From: Cladosporium halotolerans
Taxonomy: Eukaryota
Reading direction: 5' to 3'
NCBI RefSeq assembly: GCF_011745625.1
Contig: NW_027191460.1
Span: 1-64,000 of the forward strand
DNA: 64,000 nucleotides
The position numbers and the translations under genes were made by a program. Of this stretch, positions 50,255-61,726 are shown in pieces (position 1 is the first letter of the stretch; each line of letters starts with the position of its first letter). The notes beneath the pieces were generated by a model. That model had not been told where the DNA came from, ran no database searches, and was given only the letters and a program-made list of their open reading frames with translations.

Positions 50255-53200
50255 TTTGCCGGTTGCTGCTGGCTTAGAATAGCCAGAAGTCAATCTGAGA
50301 GTCGATGATGTGAGCAGCGATAAAGGTGTCGTTTAATGTTCGTGGCGTTTGGGGTATTAAGTGACGGTGTTAGTCGTCCAATGGAGCGTTGTATCGTAAG
50401 AAGTCAGGCGGATAATTATCTTCCTGACGATCACTGCTTATTGTTGACGATCCGATGCGGCAGGGCCTGTCGTTTTGTAAAGCGAAGGACGGGCAGCGAT
50501 TGGGCTAAGGCTGAAATGAACCTCCAACGATGTGAGACGATTTGATGAACGCGTGTCGTCAGAAACAGGCCAGGATTCGGCGGCACAGCCCTATCCTAGT
50601 TGAAAGCCAAGTCCTGAAACGGCAGGTTAATGAGGATTTTGGTCACGATCAAGGCTCCCAAGTCAGCAAAGGCAAGAGGTGGTCGAGGCTGTTGTAAGGC
50701 TTATGGTCGATGTAGTTCCAACTGGCGGTCGGAAAACCCAAACTTGACGTAACACTAGCTCACGAGATCACGGGGCAGTATGGCAACGGTGAGGAGGGCT
50801 CTAAGGCGACGACAGGGTTGGCGGCATGGGGCAGCAATTGATGTGCAGGCGCGCCAGGCACGGGAGCAGCCTCCCTGCGCGTGAAGTGGGTACCGTTGCA
50901 TGGGATACCGTGCGTGATGTGGCGGCGCCCGTCAGGATGGCGACAACCCCTTCCCAAGCTCGGACAAAGGCAGGAGGTGCAAGGGGTGAAACGGCGAGCT
51001 TGCAGTGGTGACAACACCTCTACCAAGCATGCAAGTTTGGGAATTGGAGCACAGCCAGTGCAGGCTGGTGGGGAATTTGTTCGGCTGTCGGGTGGGCGAA
51101 CTGCTGGAGCAGGGCTAGCCCTCTCTCTTTCTAAACAGCGGCTCGATCTCTGACCGGGATCTGAGCTCCAAGTAGAATGACAGGGTCGGCTAAAACAACT
51201 GGAAGGCCTGATGCACCACTGTAGCGGGCGATCCACGCTCATGCACATGCGCCACAAGTCTGTGACGTCGGCATGCTACTGTGGACCAAGTTTCTTTACA
51301 CCGCAAACGCAGCAGAGCAATAGCAGGTGCGACCCTAAGTCTGCGTTGCCAATGACCGGGTGTCTGCGAGTGGAGTGACGTGGTAAGACACGGCTTGACT
51401 CAAGGCGGAGAGGTGACCGCCAACGGCCGTGAGAAGCGGTGAAAAAGCTCTGCAATTGGCGCGGACGGGCTTCGAGGGGACGGGAGCTAAAGCTGTGTGG
51501 TTGTTCTTAGGTTCTGACGGGAACAGGCGTGATGATCTGGCACGGCTTCAGAACGCAGATCTGCATGCGACATGCACGCGTCGAGCCCTCGGGACTGTTG
51601 GACGCTTGCGATTGTTATTATGTTATAGCATGGCGAAGGCGTCACCTCGGGCAGGAATGGTTGCGGAAGTGCCCAACGAAGCCACTGTTAGGATGGTGCG
51701 AAGAATGACCGACTACCGCCATCTCCAGCACTCGCGCTGCCAAACAGTGCAATTTCCCTTAAGGACTGGAGATCGGAATGCAGATGCAGGGGACTTAGCG
51801 GTGAACTGCCGGAGAAAACGTCCGGTAGCGAGCGGAGAGCGAAGTTGGAGGGTGCATGCACTGACGTCCAGGAAAGCTCTGTAACACGAGAGACGTGAGG
51901 GCTAGATCGTGCCTGGCTCGTGAGTGACGCGTGGTTCGTCAGCCATATGATCCCGGGTGCTCCGGAATGCCGTTTTGTTTCGGTGATTGCCTGCGCTCAA
52001 GGATCTGTAATATCGTCCTTGTCTCGAGTGCGTGCTTTCGAGGTCGTTGCGGGACAATGGCATTCTCGCGCACGTCGCGGGTAGCCGCCGGCGGTGAAGG
52101 CTCTCGACGTGCGAGACTGCGACGGGAGCGGCAAAGCCGTTAGTATAGCCAGGGATGCCGGCCTGCACGCAAGTCATGTCCGGGGTCTAGTGCATGCGGG
52201 AGACGCACAGATCTCGCGTTCACGAGATTGGCAAGGTCCACAGGAGTCTGCATAGAGTTGTCCGGAGCAGAAGAGGCGAGGCTGGCAAACGGTCGACATA
52301 GCGCCAGTGCTAGACTGCCTCGGGGTACGAACAGCCGAGAGTGACCTCACTGTGTTTCGCAGCGGTTGGCACATACATGTAGAGACCGGCAGAGCCCACG
52401 ACGGCGGTTTGGACCTCGGGCTGGCTCTGACGGCGCACTGGAGACGGCAGGCTGCGGTGGCTCCTCAGGCTCCGTGGACGGACGCGCCTTGTGGATGCAC
52501 GGCGGGAGTGTCATTAACATCAATCAATCAATCGAGCCCTCGCGTCTGACCAGGGAATACCGCTGACGGCTGCAGGCGGGGGGCATCAATGATCATGCTT
52601 GGATTCAAGCAACGGCCAAGGCGCAGAGCCACGCAGCAGCGGCAGGGTCGAGAAGGGCGCTGCAGCTGATGCACCTCAAGGATGGTGGTGGATGCATTTT
52701 CCGCGCGGCGCATGCGGCGGGAGGAGCGCCAAACATGTTCACGAGCGCGCTTCCTTGTCGCCGTGCAGGGAGTCGCTTCTTAGCCTTCCACGTCGCCCGG
52801 GCGGTGAAGCCCGGGAGCGTCGTGGCGCCGTCCATCGATGCTCGATCGCCAGGCGCCGCACCCGCCCGCAGCCATGTCGTTCGTGCTATGGCCCCGTCGT
52901 TCATAGTAGGTGACGACGCGACAAGGTATGCTGTAGCCGGCTTGCGCGTGCAATTTGGACGACATATGCGCTGGAGGCTGCCTGGCTGTACGCGCGGGCG
53001 ATCGCAGCGATTACTCGCGCTTTGCTCCTCGCCTCGTGCCGGGCGACATCATGCCGACGGAGTCTGGCCACGGGGCGAAAGACACTACGACCAACAACAC
53101 GCTTCATCCTCGACGGTGTCTTGGGTGTCCCAGCGCCGCTGCATGCCCACGATCCTATGACGAGTTACTCCACGATTGCCCCGAGCGAACTGGCCATCTT

Positions 53201-53663
53201 CACAACATCTCCAGCCTCTCCAACGCGTTCTAGAACACCGCGCCGGTCGACGTCTTGGCGCGAACTTCAGCCGGCTCCCGCATCAGCAAAGATGGTGAAT
53301 TGCTCGTGTGACAAAGCGCCTGGTACCGACTGCCTCCAAGGCTCCAACCTCGCAACTGCGACGACGTGATACGGCGACAGCTTCCGCGAGTGAAATTACG
53401 CGGCATTTAATTTGCCCCGCCGATCAAGCACCGCCGCGCGACCGGGAGGCGGGCTGTGTGTGAAACGCCGGCCTCGACATCCTCTACGCCGCACGAGCGT
53501 CTGCCTGGCCGTTGTGCCGATCGACCACCACGACAAACCGCCTTCCAGAACAATCGTCCCGCAACATCTCCGTCTCGAAAGCCCGACGCCGACGCTGCCT
53601 CAGCAAGCACAGTCAGCGACACTGACGCCGCACTCCGCGGAGTCCAGACGCTCAAACGGCACC

Positions 53664-54751
53664 ATGGCCACCGCAGCAGACATCCCCCTGCTGGTCGTGT
53701 CGGAGAACTCGTCCTCGGAGCGTCGTGTCTCGCCTTCGTGGACCATTGCTCAGCTCAAGAATCGTCTCGAGCCTGTGACCGGCGTGCCTGCGACGTGCCA
53801 GAAGTTGTCCCTCAAGATTGGATCGCAGCCTGCGCAGCCGATCGAGTCTGCGAATGAAGACGCCACTCTGCTTTCGGCGTGGCCGCTGCAGGCGTACGCT
53901 GAGATCAAGGTAGGTGCAGATTTTTCGTCGCCTTGTCATCGATATCTTGTAGTATTCGTAAACTGTGAGAGCTTGCCAGGCCCTTCTGGTATTAAAGAGA
54001 GGGTTGTCCTCGATACTATAAGCAGCATGTTGTTCGACCTGTGTTATACATCTGCAAGCGTGATCGTCTGAATCAGGACCGCCTGAGCCTCTCGAGCAAC
54101 ACGATGCCCTAAAAGCTTCTCCACGGAAACACTTCGATATGACCTCCCAAATAAACCCAACAAAACTGACCATGCCTCCCACCCCCAGATCACCGACACC
54201 CGCCCGCCCGGCGCCCGGCCCAACTACACCGACACCTCGGCCGTCGAGAAATACACCATGAGCGCCGACACCTACGAGGCCCTCCCCAACAGCGTGCTCG
54301 CGTGGAAGAAATCGCAGAAACTCGGCCGCTTCGACCCCAACGCGCCCGAAATCGAGCAGACCAAAATCGACGCCTCCTTCAAAGAGATCGAAGACAGAGG
54401 TACGACTTGAAAAACCCCCTTCCTCAACCCTCATCTTCCCGTCCAGCTCGCTGACGCTTCCAATCAGGCATCAAACCCTCCCTCCGCTGCCGCCTCCTGC
54501 CCTCGACCGACCACCGCCGCGGCAGCGTGGCGTTCGTGGGCGCCGTGCCCGAGATCCCGGGCGTGGGCGCGTGGGTGGGCGTGGTGCTGGACGAGCCGAC
54601 GGGGAAGAACGACGGCAGCGTGGGCGGGAAGAAGTACTTCTCGTGCGCGGCGAACTGCGGCGTGTTTCTGCGCGCGGAGAGGGTGGAGGTGGGCGATTTT
54701 CCGGAGCTGGGGTTGGAGGATGAGCTCGAGGATGAGGATGAGGAGTTTTAG
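53664..54751 (+). CDS. TBCB: Tubulin-folding cofactor B (Alf1/Alp11): UBL + CAP-Gly
   Basis: SERRVSPSWTIAQLKNRLEPVTG UBL domain, SVLAWKKSQKLGRFD, WVGVVLDEPTGKNDGS CAP-Gly, DEEF end; introns 53910-54188 and 54400-54467. Confidence 0.93.
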
Positions 54752-55032
54752 GAGGGATCGAGGCTGCGAAGGATTGTTCAGGGAAAGACGATCGTGAGAG
54801 TCAGAAAAATCGAAACTGCGGTTGTGGTATCTCGAAAAGCGTAACCCAAAGCACGCCCGTTCGTTGCTCGCCTCTTCCACTTTCGCGAAGCCAACGACAA
54901 AGTTGAACTCCCTCCAAAGATCATGAAATTCGTGCCCTGTATCGTGACCAACACACGCCGTCGTGTATCCCAAAGAGGGAGAACAAATCAAAACAAAAAG
55001 TCTACGAAAGTAAGGCCTCGAAGCAGCTTCCT

Positions 55033-57955
55033 CTACTGCGACGCCATCTCAGGCTCAACCTCACAGCCCTGCGCAAAGAAGATGCGCGCGTTCTTCGTAC
55101 GACTCTCGTTCGTGATCGAATAGTTGTTACCTGCAAACGCAAGCATCGTCAGCACATCTTTCTCGAAGAAAAACAAATACAACCCTGATGAACAGCCCGC
55201 TCGCTCCCCAAAGATAGCCCAGCCGACGCCCAGCGATGCGGTGCGACCAAACACCACGCACGGCGGCGCCTGCGATGTAACCCTTCAAAAACCCCTTTTC
55301 GTAAGCTGCTCCCCAGGACGAGCAAACAGCCGCCGGTGCGACGGTGCGCAGCTCGTGCGGTGCGCTGGTGCGAGGGTGAGGTTATTCCGACGGCTGGTCG
55401 CACACACCGCTTTCCGCGGGCTGCTCGTTGCTGGGTGTGTGTGCTGGCCGGGAGGCTGACCGCTGTTCTTCAGGCGGTTCGTGCTAGACAAGGCAATAGA
55501 GTGCGATGCTTTGGGCGCGAACGGGCTTTTGGGAGGGGGAAATCATGTGTTGTGCTGCGAAGGGGGGAACGAAGACAGAAAGAAAGAAAGACATACCTCT
55601 TGGGACAACCCACACACCACCTTTGGAGATGGCGAACTCGTTCGTCTCCGTTTCGCTGCCGGAAGCTCCCCGTCCGTTCTGCTCGGTGCTGGGCGGACCA
55701 ACGGTAACAAGGACCTTGCCTTCGTGAACGAAGAACACCATCTGCATCTTGCGAGAGTTCTTTGCGCGCTTGAAGCCCTCGGGTGGCAGCTCAACGATGC
55801 CAGATCCGAAGAATGGGAGGGTCATAATCTTCGCGTATTGGAAGGCAGAGCCAGCGACATCGCGAGTTATGATCGAGGATGCGGCGAATGCGATGTCTGT
55901 TAATGTTAGTGGAAGATGCGCGAAAAACTCCATAGACAGCAACGTACCTTCGCGGATCGGCGCCTCTGGGTTCCCTTGCTGCGAGTCGGGATCCCAAGCC
56001 GCGACGGTGCCTGCTATGACACCGACTTGCTCTTCCCAATCATCTGGCACCGTGCTTTCTGTATCGCTCTCCTCGGCAATACTTTCGAGGTCATTGCTAC
56101 CGCCACGACCACCAGCACGAGGAGCTCGCCGCCGGCCCTTGGCCTTCTTCTTCTTTCCTTTGGGTGTCTTGATTTCGTCTGCACGAATGATGCCCTCAAT
56201 CTCACCGTTCTTCCACACGTAGCTCTCGCCTGCCCAGTGCTTTAGAGGCTTGAGGATCGGTCGTCCAGAGCGAGACATGCGCTGGTGTGCATCCTCATGT
56301 GGTGTCGACGCCCGCAGATTGACGTTGCTAACACTTCCTGCGCGCTTCGACGGACTACGAGTCAGTGCGCGGTCGGGACTGGCGGATGTCGTGCGGCGCA
56401 TGGCCTGATTGGGATCGCGCTCTTTTGGTGCTCTTGACTGCTGCGCCGCTTTCTGGGCTTTCGGCTTCCTGCCTGGCTTCTTCTTCGTGACTGGAGAAGC
56501 TGGAGCGATCTCTACTTCGTCCTCTTCGTTCACGGGTGCCAAATATGAGTCTCCATGAGCCAGAAGCGCAGGATCGATCGTCTGTTCAGTCTGATCATGC
56601 AGCACGGTAATATCGCTCTTGCGAGGCCTGCCGGGCTTCCTCTTTGCAGGTTGCTCGGATGTAGCGGAAACCTGAGAGACATCGTTGTCGCCTTGCTCAA
56701 TGCTTTGATGCGTAACCTCGCCCTCATCGATTGTCTGTACAGTCTGGTCATGCACCGTGATGTCGCTCTTGCGGGGTCTCCCTCGTTGTCTCTTTGCCGA
56801 CTGGCCGGATGCGGTTGAGATTTGTGAAACGTCCTGGTCGCCCTGCTCGATGCTCTGAAGTGTTCCTTCGCCCTCATCGTTCTCAAGTTCCGTTCGATCA
56901 CGCTTTCTGCTACTGGGAATCATCTGCGCAGTCTGTGGTGTATGCTGGACCGAGCCATCCCCATTGACATGAGACTTTCGCGGTCGTCCTCTGCCGTTTT
57001 TCGCTGAGGGATTCGCAGTAGGTGTTGTCTGCAGCAGAAGATGCGTCTGCTCAAAAGCCTCGGTCAAGTCAGGCTCGTTCGATTGTCGCTCCGCATCATA
57101 GTAGTCATCGTCGTTATCGAATATCACAGGCTCATCGTTCGCAAGTTGGTTGTCCAATTGTTGCTGCTCTTCGGTCCGCTCGCGATGCGATTCCTCGTTC
57201 TCAGCCCCAGCTTCGACTTCCACTTCTTCCGCTTCTTCCTCGGTAATTCCGCTTTCCATAGCCGGCAGCTCAGGCTTACTGTCTCTGCCGGGCGAAGTCG
57301 CTTGGTCCTCTACTGGCTGGTCGTTTCGCACGGCTCCAGGAGATCTCCGGATCACTCGCTTCGGCTTGAAAGGGCTCGCGTTCTCAATGCTCATGCGCAC
57401 ATTTTGGCGACCGAAATTGAGGATCCTATTCGCAGGTGGCTGAGACGAAGTTCGGTTCGGGCTGGCCTCACTGGCCATGAGGTCGTCCCCATGTCGCGAT
57501 TGTGGGCGAGCGGAGGACATGCGCTTCGGAGATCCAATGTTTGTATGCCTGGGTGTGCTGGCGCGAGGCGGTGGGAGTCGTGGGGTTTTGCGCAGATGCA
57601 AGGTCTCGTCTACGTCTGGTGCTGAGCCTAATGAGCATCAGAGTCAGTCTCAAAGCAATTGAATGAGGGTGCATTCCCTCAGTGGGGAGATCCGTGTCAA
57701 CTTACTCTCCTGCAGCTCCATCGCATTCGAGCTGGATGTTCCCTGCGCTTGCTTCGGCGGCGAGGCGGGTGAGGAGAAGATGCCAGACACCGGCTCCAAG
57801 CCATGTTCGTCGCGCACACCTGTATCCTGCAATGTGATACCAGTTTTCCTGCCGACCTTGCCCACGTCGAAGTACTGGTTGCCCGTCCTCCCCCTGCGCC
57901 CGGGCGTATTGCGCGAGCCATTCCTGGCTTCTTTCTGCTGGTTCGCAGCAGCCAT
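55033..57955 (-). CDS. MIF2: Centromere protein C (Mif2/Cnp3)
   Basis: GRKTGITLQDTGVRDEHGLEP N-terminus, CENP-C box RMSRSGRPILKPLKHWAGE, cupin WVVPR/GNNYSITN; introns 57628-57705, 55897-55947 and 55131-55596. Confidence 0.9.
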
Positions 57956-58032
57956 GCTGCGCGGATAGCGGTTTTCCTTTTCAGGATCCAGTTTGACGTA
58001 TTCGTGTTTGTCGCGCTTCCAAGGGTTCAGCT

Positions 58033-58133
58033 ACGCGCCGGGCTCGCGTTATCCAAGTGAGCGTGCGCGCAAGTACGCGATGTTGATATCAATGGCCAGG
58101 TCCAGTGTGAGAATGCGAGATGCGGAGACGCGA
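58033..58133. promoter_or_regulatory. Cluster of MCB-like ACGCG cores upstream of mif2
   Basis: ACGCG at 58033, CGCGT at 58045, ACGCGA at 58075 and 58128, within 180 bp of the mif2 ATG. Confidence 0.4.
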
Positions 58134-58493
58134 CGGCGCGTGCTTCGTTGAGATGTGATGGGTCTTTTGTTTCCCGAAGCGCGGCGCGGCACAGCGTCTG
58201 CGGGCGGCGGTTGTTGTTTCTGTGTGGAGGTTTGTTGATTTGCGGCCAAACAAGGTTTGGCGCCAGCTGCGGCCACTTCCGCCTGCCCGCAGCGCGAACT
58301 GCTGCCCACCCCACGCGCGCGGGTATCTTCACCCACGTCATTGCCCAATGCCCAGTATTTATTCAGTTCGTGATCCTGTTCCATTCACGGAGTCTTGACT
58401 GTTGAGTAGGTACTTGTGAAAATCTTCTGGACTCAGTCAAAGAGCTTTATTTTCATCACTTGTCTCCCTTCACTCCCTCCCCAAATCTCAGCC

Positions 58494-59044
58494 ATGTCTT
58501 CCTTCATGAGAGTCATTCATCTCGCCCAAGCTCTACTGAGCGGCTACGGTGCTTTCCACTCCTACAAGGCGATAGTCAACCTTCAGACGTACGAAGCGAC
58601 CACCAAAAAGCTCGCCAAATGGTCTGATGAAGTCGGAAAACAACTTCACAAGACTCGCACTACGCAAGCTACAGCGGCTCTCACGGTACGGCCGACGCAA
58701 ACATCATTCTCGTCCTGCTTCAAAGGAATGACCTAATTTTGATCTAGATCCTTTTCTCGACCCTGACGTCTCTCACCCTTGGAATCAAGCCAGAAGTATT
58801 TCCAAGCTCCGTTCTCTACGCCGCACCGCCCTGCCTCGTCATCGTCGTGCTGCTGGCACGCAGCCACGTGTCGAACTACTGGGCGCCGTCTGATGGCAAG
58901 ACGGTGGGCGTGAAAGTCCCGCTGCCCAATCTGGACGAGTACAACAAGGCGCAGCGTGCCACAGAGGAAGTGCTCAAAGTCTTACAGTGGGTGGAGTGGA
59001 GCTGGGTCGGCGCGAGTCTGGGCGCGGGCATGGTTGGATACTGA
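58494..59044 (+). CDS. Small hypothetical membrane protein
   Basis: ATG 58494; intron 58686-58747 joins ORF 58416.. to ORF 58847..; hydrophobic segments; KTRTTQAT motif. Confidence 0.7.
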
Positions 59045-59119
59045 GAAAGGAAGCGTTCTACGTACTGGAAAATGGGACGGTCTGCTTTCGAGCTAAGCAA
59101 GTACAGGAGAGCTTTCCTT

Positions 59120-61237
59120 TCACAACAGCACGTCCAGTATCTCCTCGAGCAGCCTCTCCTTGTATCTAAACATCTCGCCCTGCGCGACCCTCCCCCCGAA
59201 CTCCAGCGCCATGCACCTCGCCCTCCAGTCCACGCCATCGTCCTCATCGCCACCTCTCCCCTCAGGATACCCGGTCACCTTGCTCATACTCCTCTTCGCG
59301 CGCTGCCGGAAGATCTCTTCGTCCGGCGGATTGCTGATATTCCTCGCCACCTCGCTCGCGGACCGCAAGATTGCATCGTGGATGTCCGGATCATTCGAGT
59401 ACTCAGGACGATGCTCTCGCGCCGGCGCGAGAGAAAGCGACGTCAACGAGAAGCTGCCCGTGCAGCCGCCCTGCGTCGACGTCCAGTATATGTCGTACAC
59501 CTCGCGCAGCTTTTCATCTGGTGACTCCATGTCTGCAGGGACGATCTCCTCGTAACCTTCGGCGTCGGAGCGGAAGCGAGTGAGGTTGATTTTCTTCGCG
59601 TGGCCGATGGCGGGGCCGAGAGGGATGTTTAGTTGGTCACCGAGGCCGAGCCATGATGCCGCGGTCAGGAGGGTGACATTGTCGCGGACTGGGTCTGGGG
59701 AAGGTGTTTGGCGAACGGAGAAGCGCTCGAGGACGGCATCGGCGAGGCGTTTAGCCTCGTCGCTTGTGAGACGGTTGTTGCGACCGATTAGCTCCACGCG
59801 GAGGAGATTCGTTGTCAAAGCGCGTTTGAGGGTTGCAAATGTTAGCCCGGGAAGTTGATGATTTTGCTGGTGGAGCTCGGCCGCTTGGACGTTCGTCAAT
59901 CTTTTCTGGACTTCAGACTTGGGCATGGACGCTGGATCTGGCGTGTGGGTCATACTGCGATCGCCGCTTTCGGATGTAGCGGTCTCTCCACTGACGACTA
60001 CCGTGGGCGGCGGAGGGGTTGCCAATCGGACTGGCCCACCCGTATGTTGCGGTACTTGCAGAGAGAGTCTTCCTGGACGACTAGAAGTAGCACTATGAGG
60101 TGGCGGCATCTGCGGTGGCATCGACTCTGGCATCACTGGTGTAGCGTCTTGAGGTGTCGGTGATCTACCAGGTGCCGGATTTGAAGGGAAAGTTGAGAAA
60201 GGGCCGTCTTGAGAAGTCCGTGATTGTGGCGGCCTTCCTCTAGGCTTCGCGCCCGGTGGGTTTTGTGAAGGCCACGCACTGGATACTGCTGGACCATGTC
60301 GACGCTTTCTCTTCGCTGAGGGCGTGACAGCAGACCTCGAGCCATCGAAAGCAGCATCGATGTGCGATGCCATTGACTCTCCGGGTAGCGCTGTCATTGG
60401 ATGAGGTGTTGCTGGAGTATGAGATGATGCGTTCTGATTCTGCCACCTCAAATGAGGAGGTATGGAAGGCGTGATGGCGGACTGAGGTGCAAGCTGGGAG
60501 GTGGACCACGGTGTAAATTGTTGCTGGGACACGGCAGAAGCTGCTGCCCAAGGGTCGTGTTGCTGTCCATCTGGGTGTGCGGTCGTTGGGATTGCAGATC
60601 TAGGGTATGCAGAGTGAGACTGGCCGTCAGCTGCAAAAGCTCCAAGCAGTCGAGCGTGTTTTGGCTGCTCGTCGACTTCAAGATATTGCTCAGTCTCAGA
60701 GTTCCTCCGTCGACCACGTTTCGGTTTGAAAGAAGGATCAAGGGCTCTGATCGCGGTGTCTTCCTCTACCAGGACCCCATCTCTGCCGTTTGGAGGGAAT
60801 GGGTTGCTGGGATGAGGGATGTCCATGAAGTATGCATGCTCTTTGCCGAGGAGATACTCGAAAAAGGCATCCACATGCATCGCTCGCATCCATCGTTTCA
60901 GTCTGACTGTGTACTGCTGCACTTTCTGGACAGATTGGCCTTTAGATACATCCGGCGGTTCAACCCCAAGATCTTGAGCAAGCTGGCCCCAAGTTTTGAT
61001 CTCTTTGGCGTCAAATTTCACGATAAGTTCCCACAAGGCATAGATCTCAAACTCTTTGTTGTCACTCCGGGGAGGTGTATTGAACTGCGTACGTAACGTC
61101 GTCGCATCAGTGTCCAATGCAAAGTGTGGGTTGCAATACAAGATGAACGCCACGTAGGCATCGGTGATTGACTCGGCGTCGACATCTCGCGCGGGCAACG
61201 AGCGGTCTGTCGGACGATAAGACAGAGACGAGTCCAT
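59120..61237 (-). CDS. ARS-binding protein 2 (Abp2)-like AT-hook protein
   Basis: LPARDVDAESITDAYVAFILYCNP, KVQQYTVRLKRWMRAMHVDAFFEYL, KPRGRPP AT-hook. Confidence 0.82.
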   Translation of the reverse strand: MDSSLSYRPTDRSLPARDVDAESITDAYVAFILYCNPHFALDTDATTLRTQFNTPPRSDNKEFEIYALWELIVKFDAKEIKTWGQLAQDLGVEPPDVSKGQSVQKVQQYTVRLKRWMRAMHVDAFFEYLLGKEHAYFMDIPHPSNPFPPNGRDGVLVEEDTAIRALDPSFKPKRGRRRNSETEQYLEVDEQPKHARLLGAFAADGQSHSAYPRSAIPTTAHPDGQQHDPWAAASAVSQQQFTPWSTSQLAPQSAITPSIPPHLRWQNQNASSHTPATPHPMTALPGESMASHIDAAFDGSRSAVTPSAKRKRRHGPAVSSAWPSQNPPGAKPRGRPPQSRTSQDGPFSTFPSNPAPGRSPTPQDATPVMPESMPPQMPPPHSATSSRPGRLSLQVPQHTGGPVRLATPPPPTVVVSGETATSESGDRSMTHTPDPASMPKSEVQKRLTNVQAAELHQQNHQLPGLTFATLKRALTTNLLRVELIGRNNRLTSDEAKRLADAVLERFSVRQTPSPDPVRDNVTLLTAASWLGLGDQLNIPLGPAIGHAKKINLTRFRSDAEGYEEIVPADMESPDEKLREVYDIYWTSTQGGCTGSFSLTSLSLAPAREHRPEYSNDPDIHDAILRSASEVARNISNPPDEEIFRQRAKRSMSKVTGYPEGRGGDEDDGVDWRARCMALEFGGRVAQGEMFRYKERLLEEILDVLL

Positions 61238-61726
61238 GAGCACGCCCCGAAGTAAGACCTTGCGTGGCCAGGACCGCCCTTCCGTATATGAAGGTGTCTG
61301 TCTTTCGATAACGCTTCTTAGCCATAGATTCCCACGAAGACAGCTAAAAGACGGCAATAGGAAATGATGTGGGTCAGAAAAGGAGGATAAGTGTGCAATT
61401 CAAGGCAAATAGTCCCTGAACGCGCGCTGCCTGCCTTTCCTCGAGCTTTCCTCCTTTCCCCGCAAAACGGAGACGCACCACGCCGCTTTCGCCCGAGCTG
61501 GCGTCACAAGGCTTGCCGAGGCATCAGGTGCGCGCGCATTCACAAGCAGCCGAGTTGGTATTCGGGAGCACCAGTCGAGCCAAAATCGAGCTTGCTCTTA
61601 ACTGCCCCTCGGCACCGAACAACCCGCGCCTTCGTTATTGTAACCCTATTCGAGCCTCCGTACAATTGATATTGACCTCCATCGCAATCCGACGAGCCCA
61701 ATACCATCCCACGAAACACCTTCATC

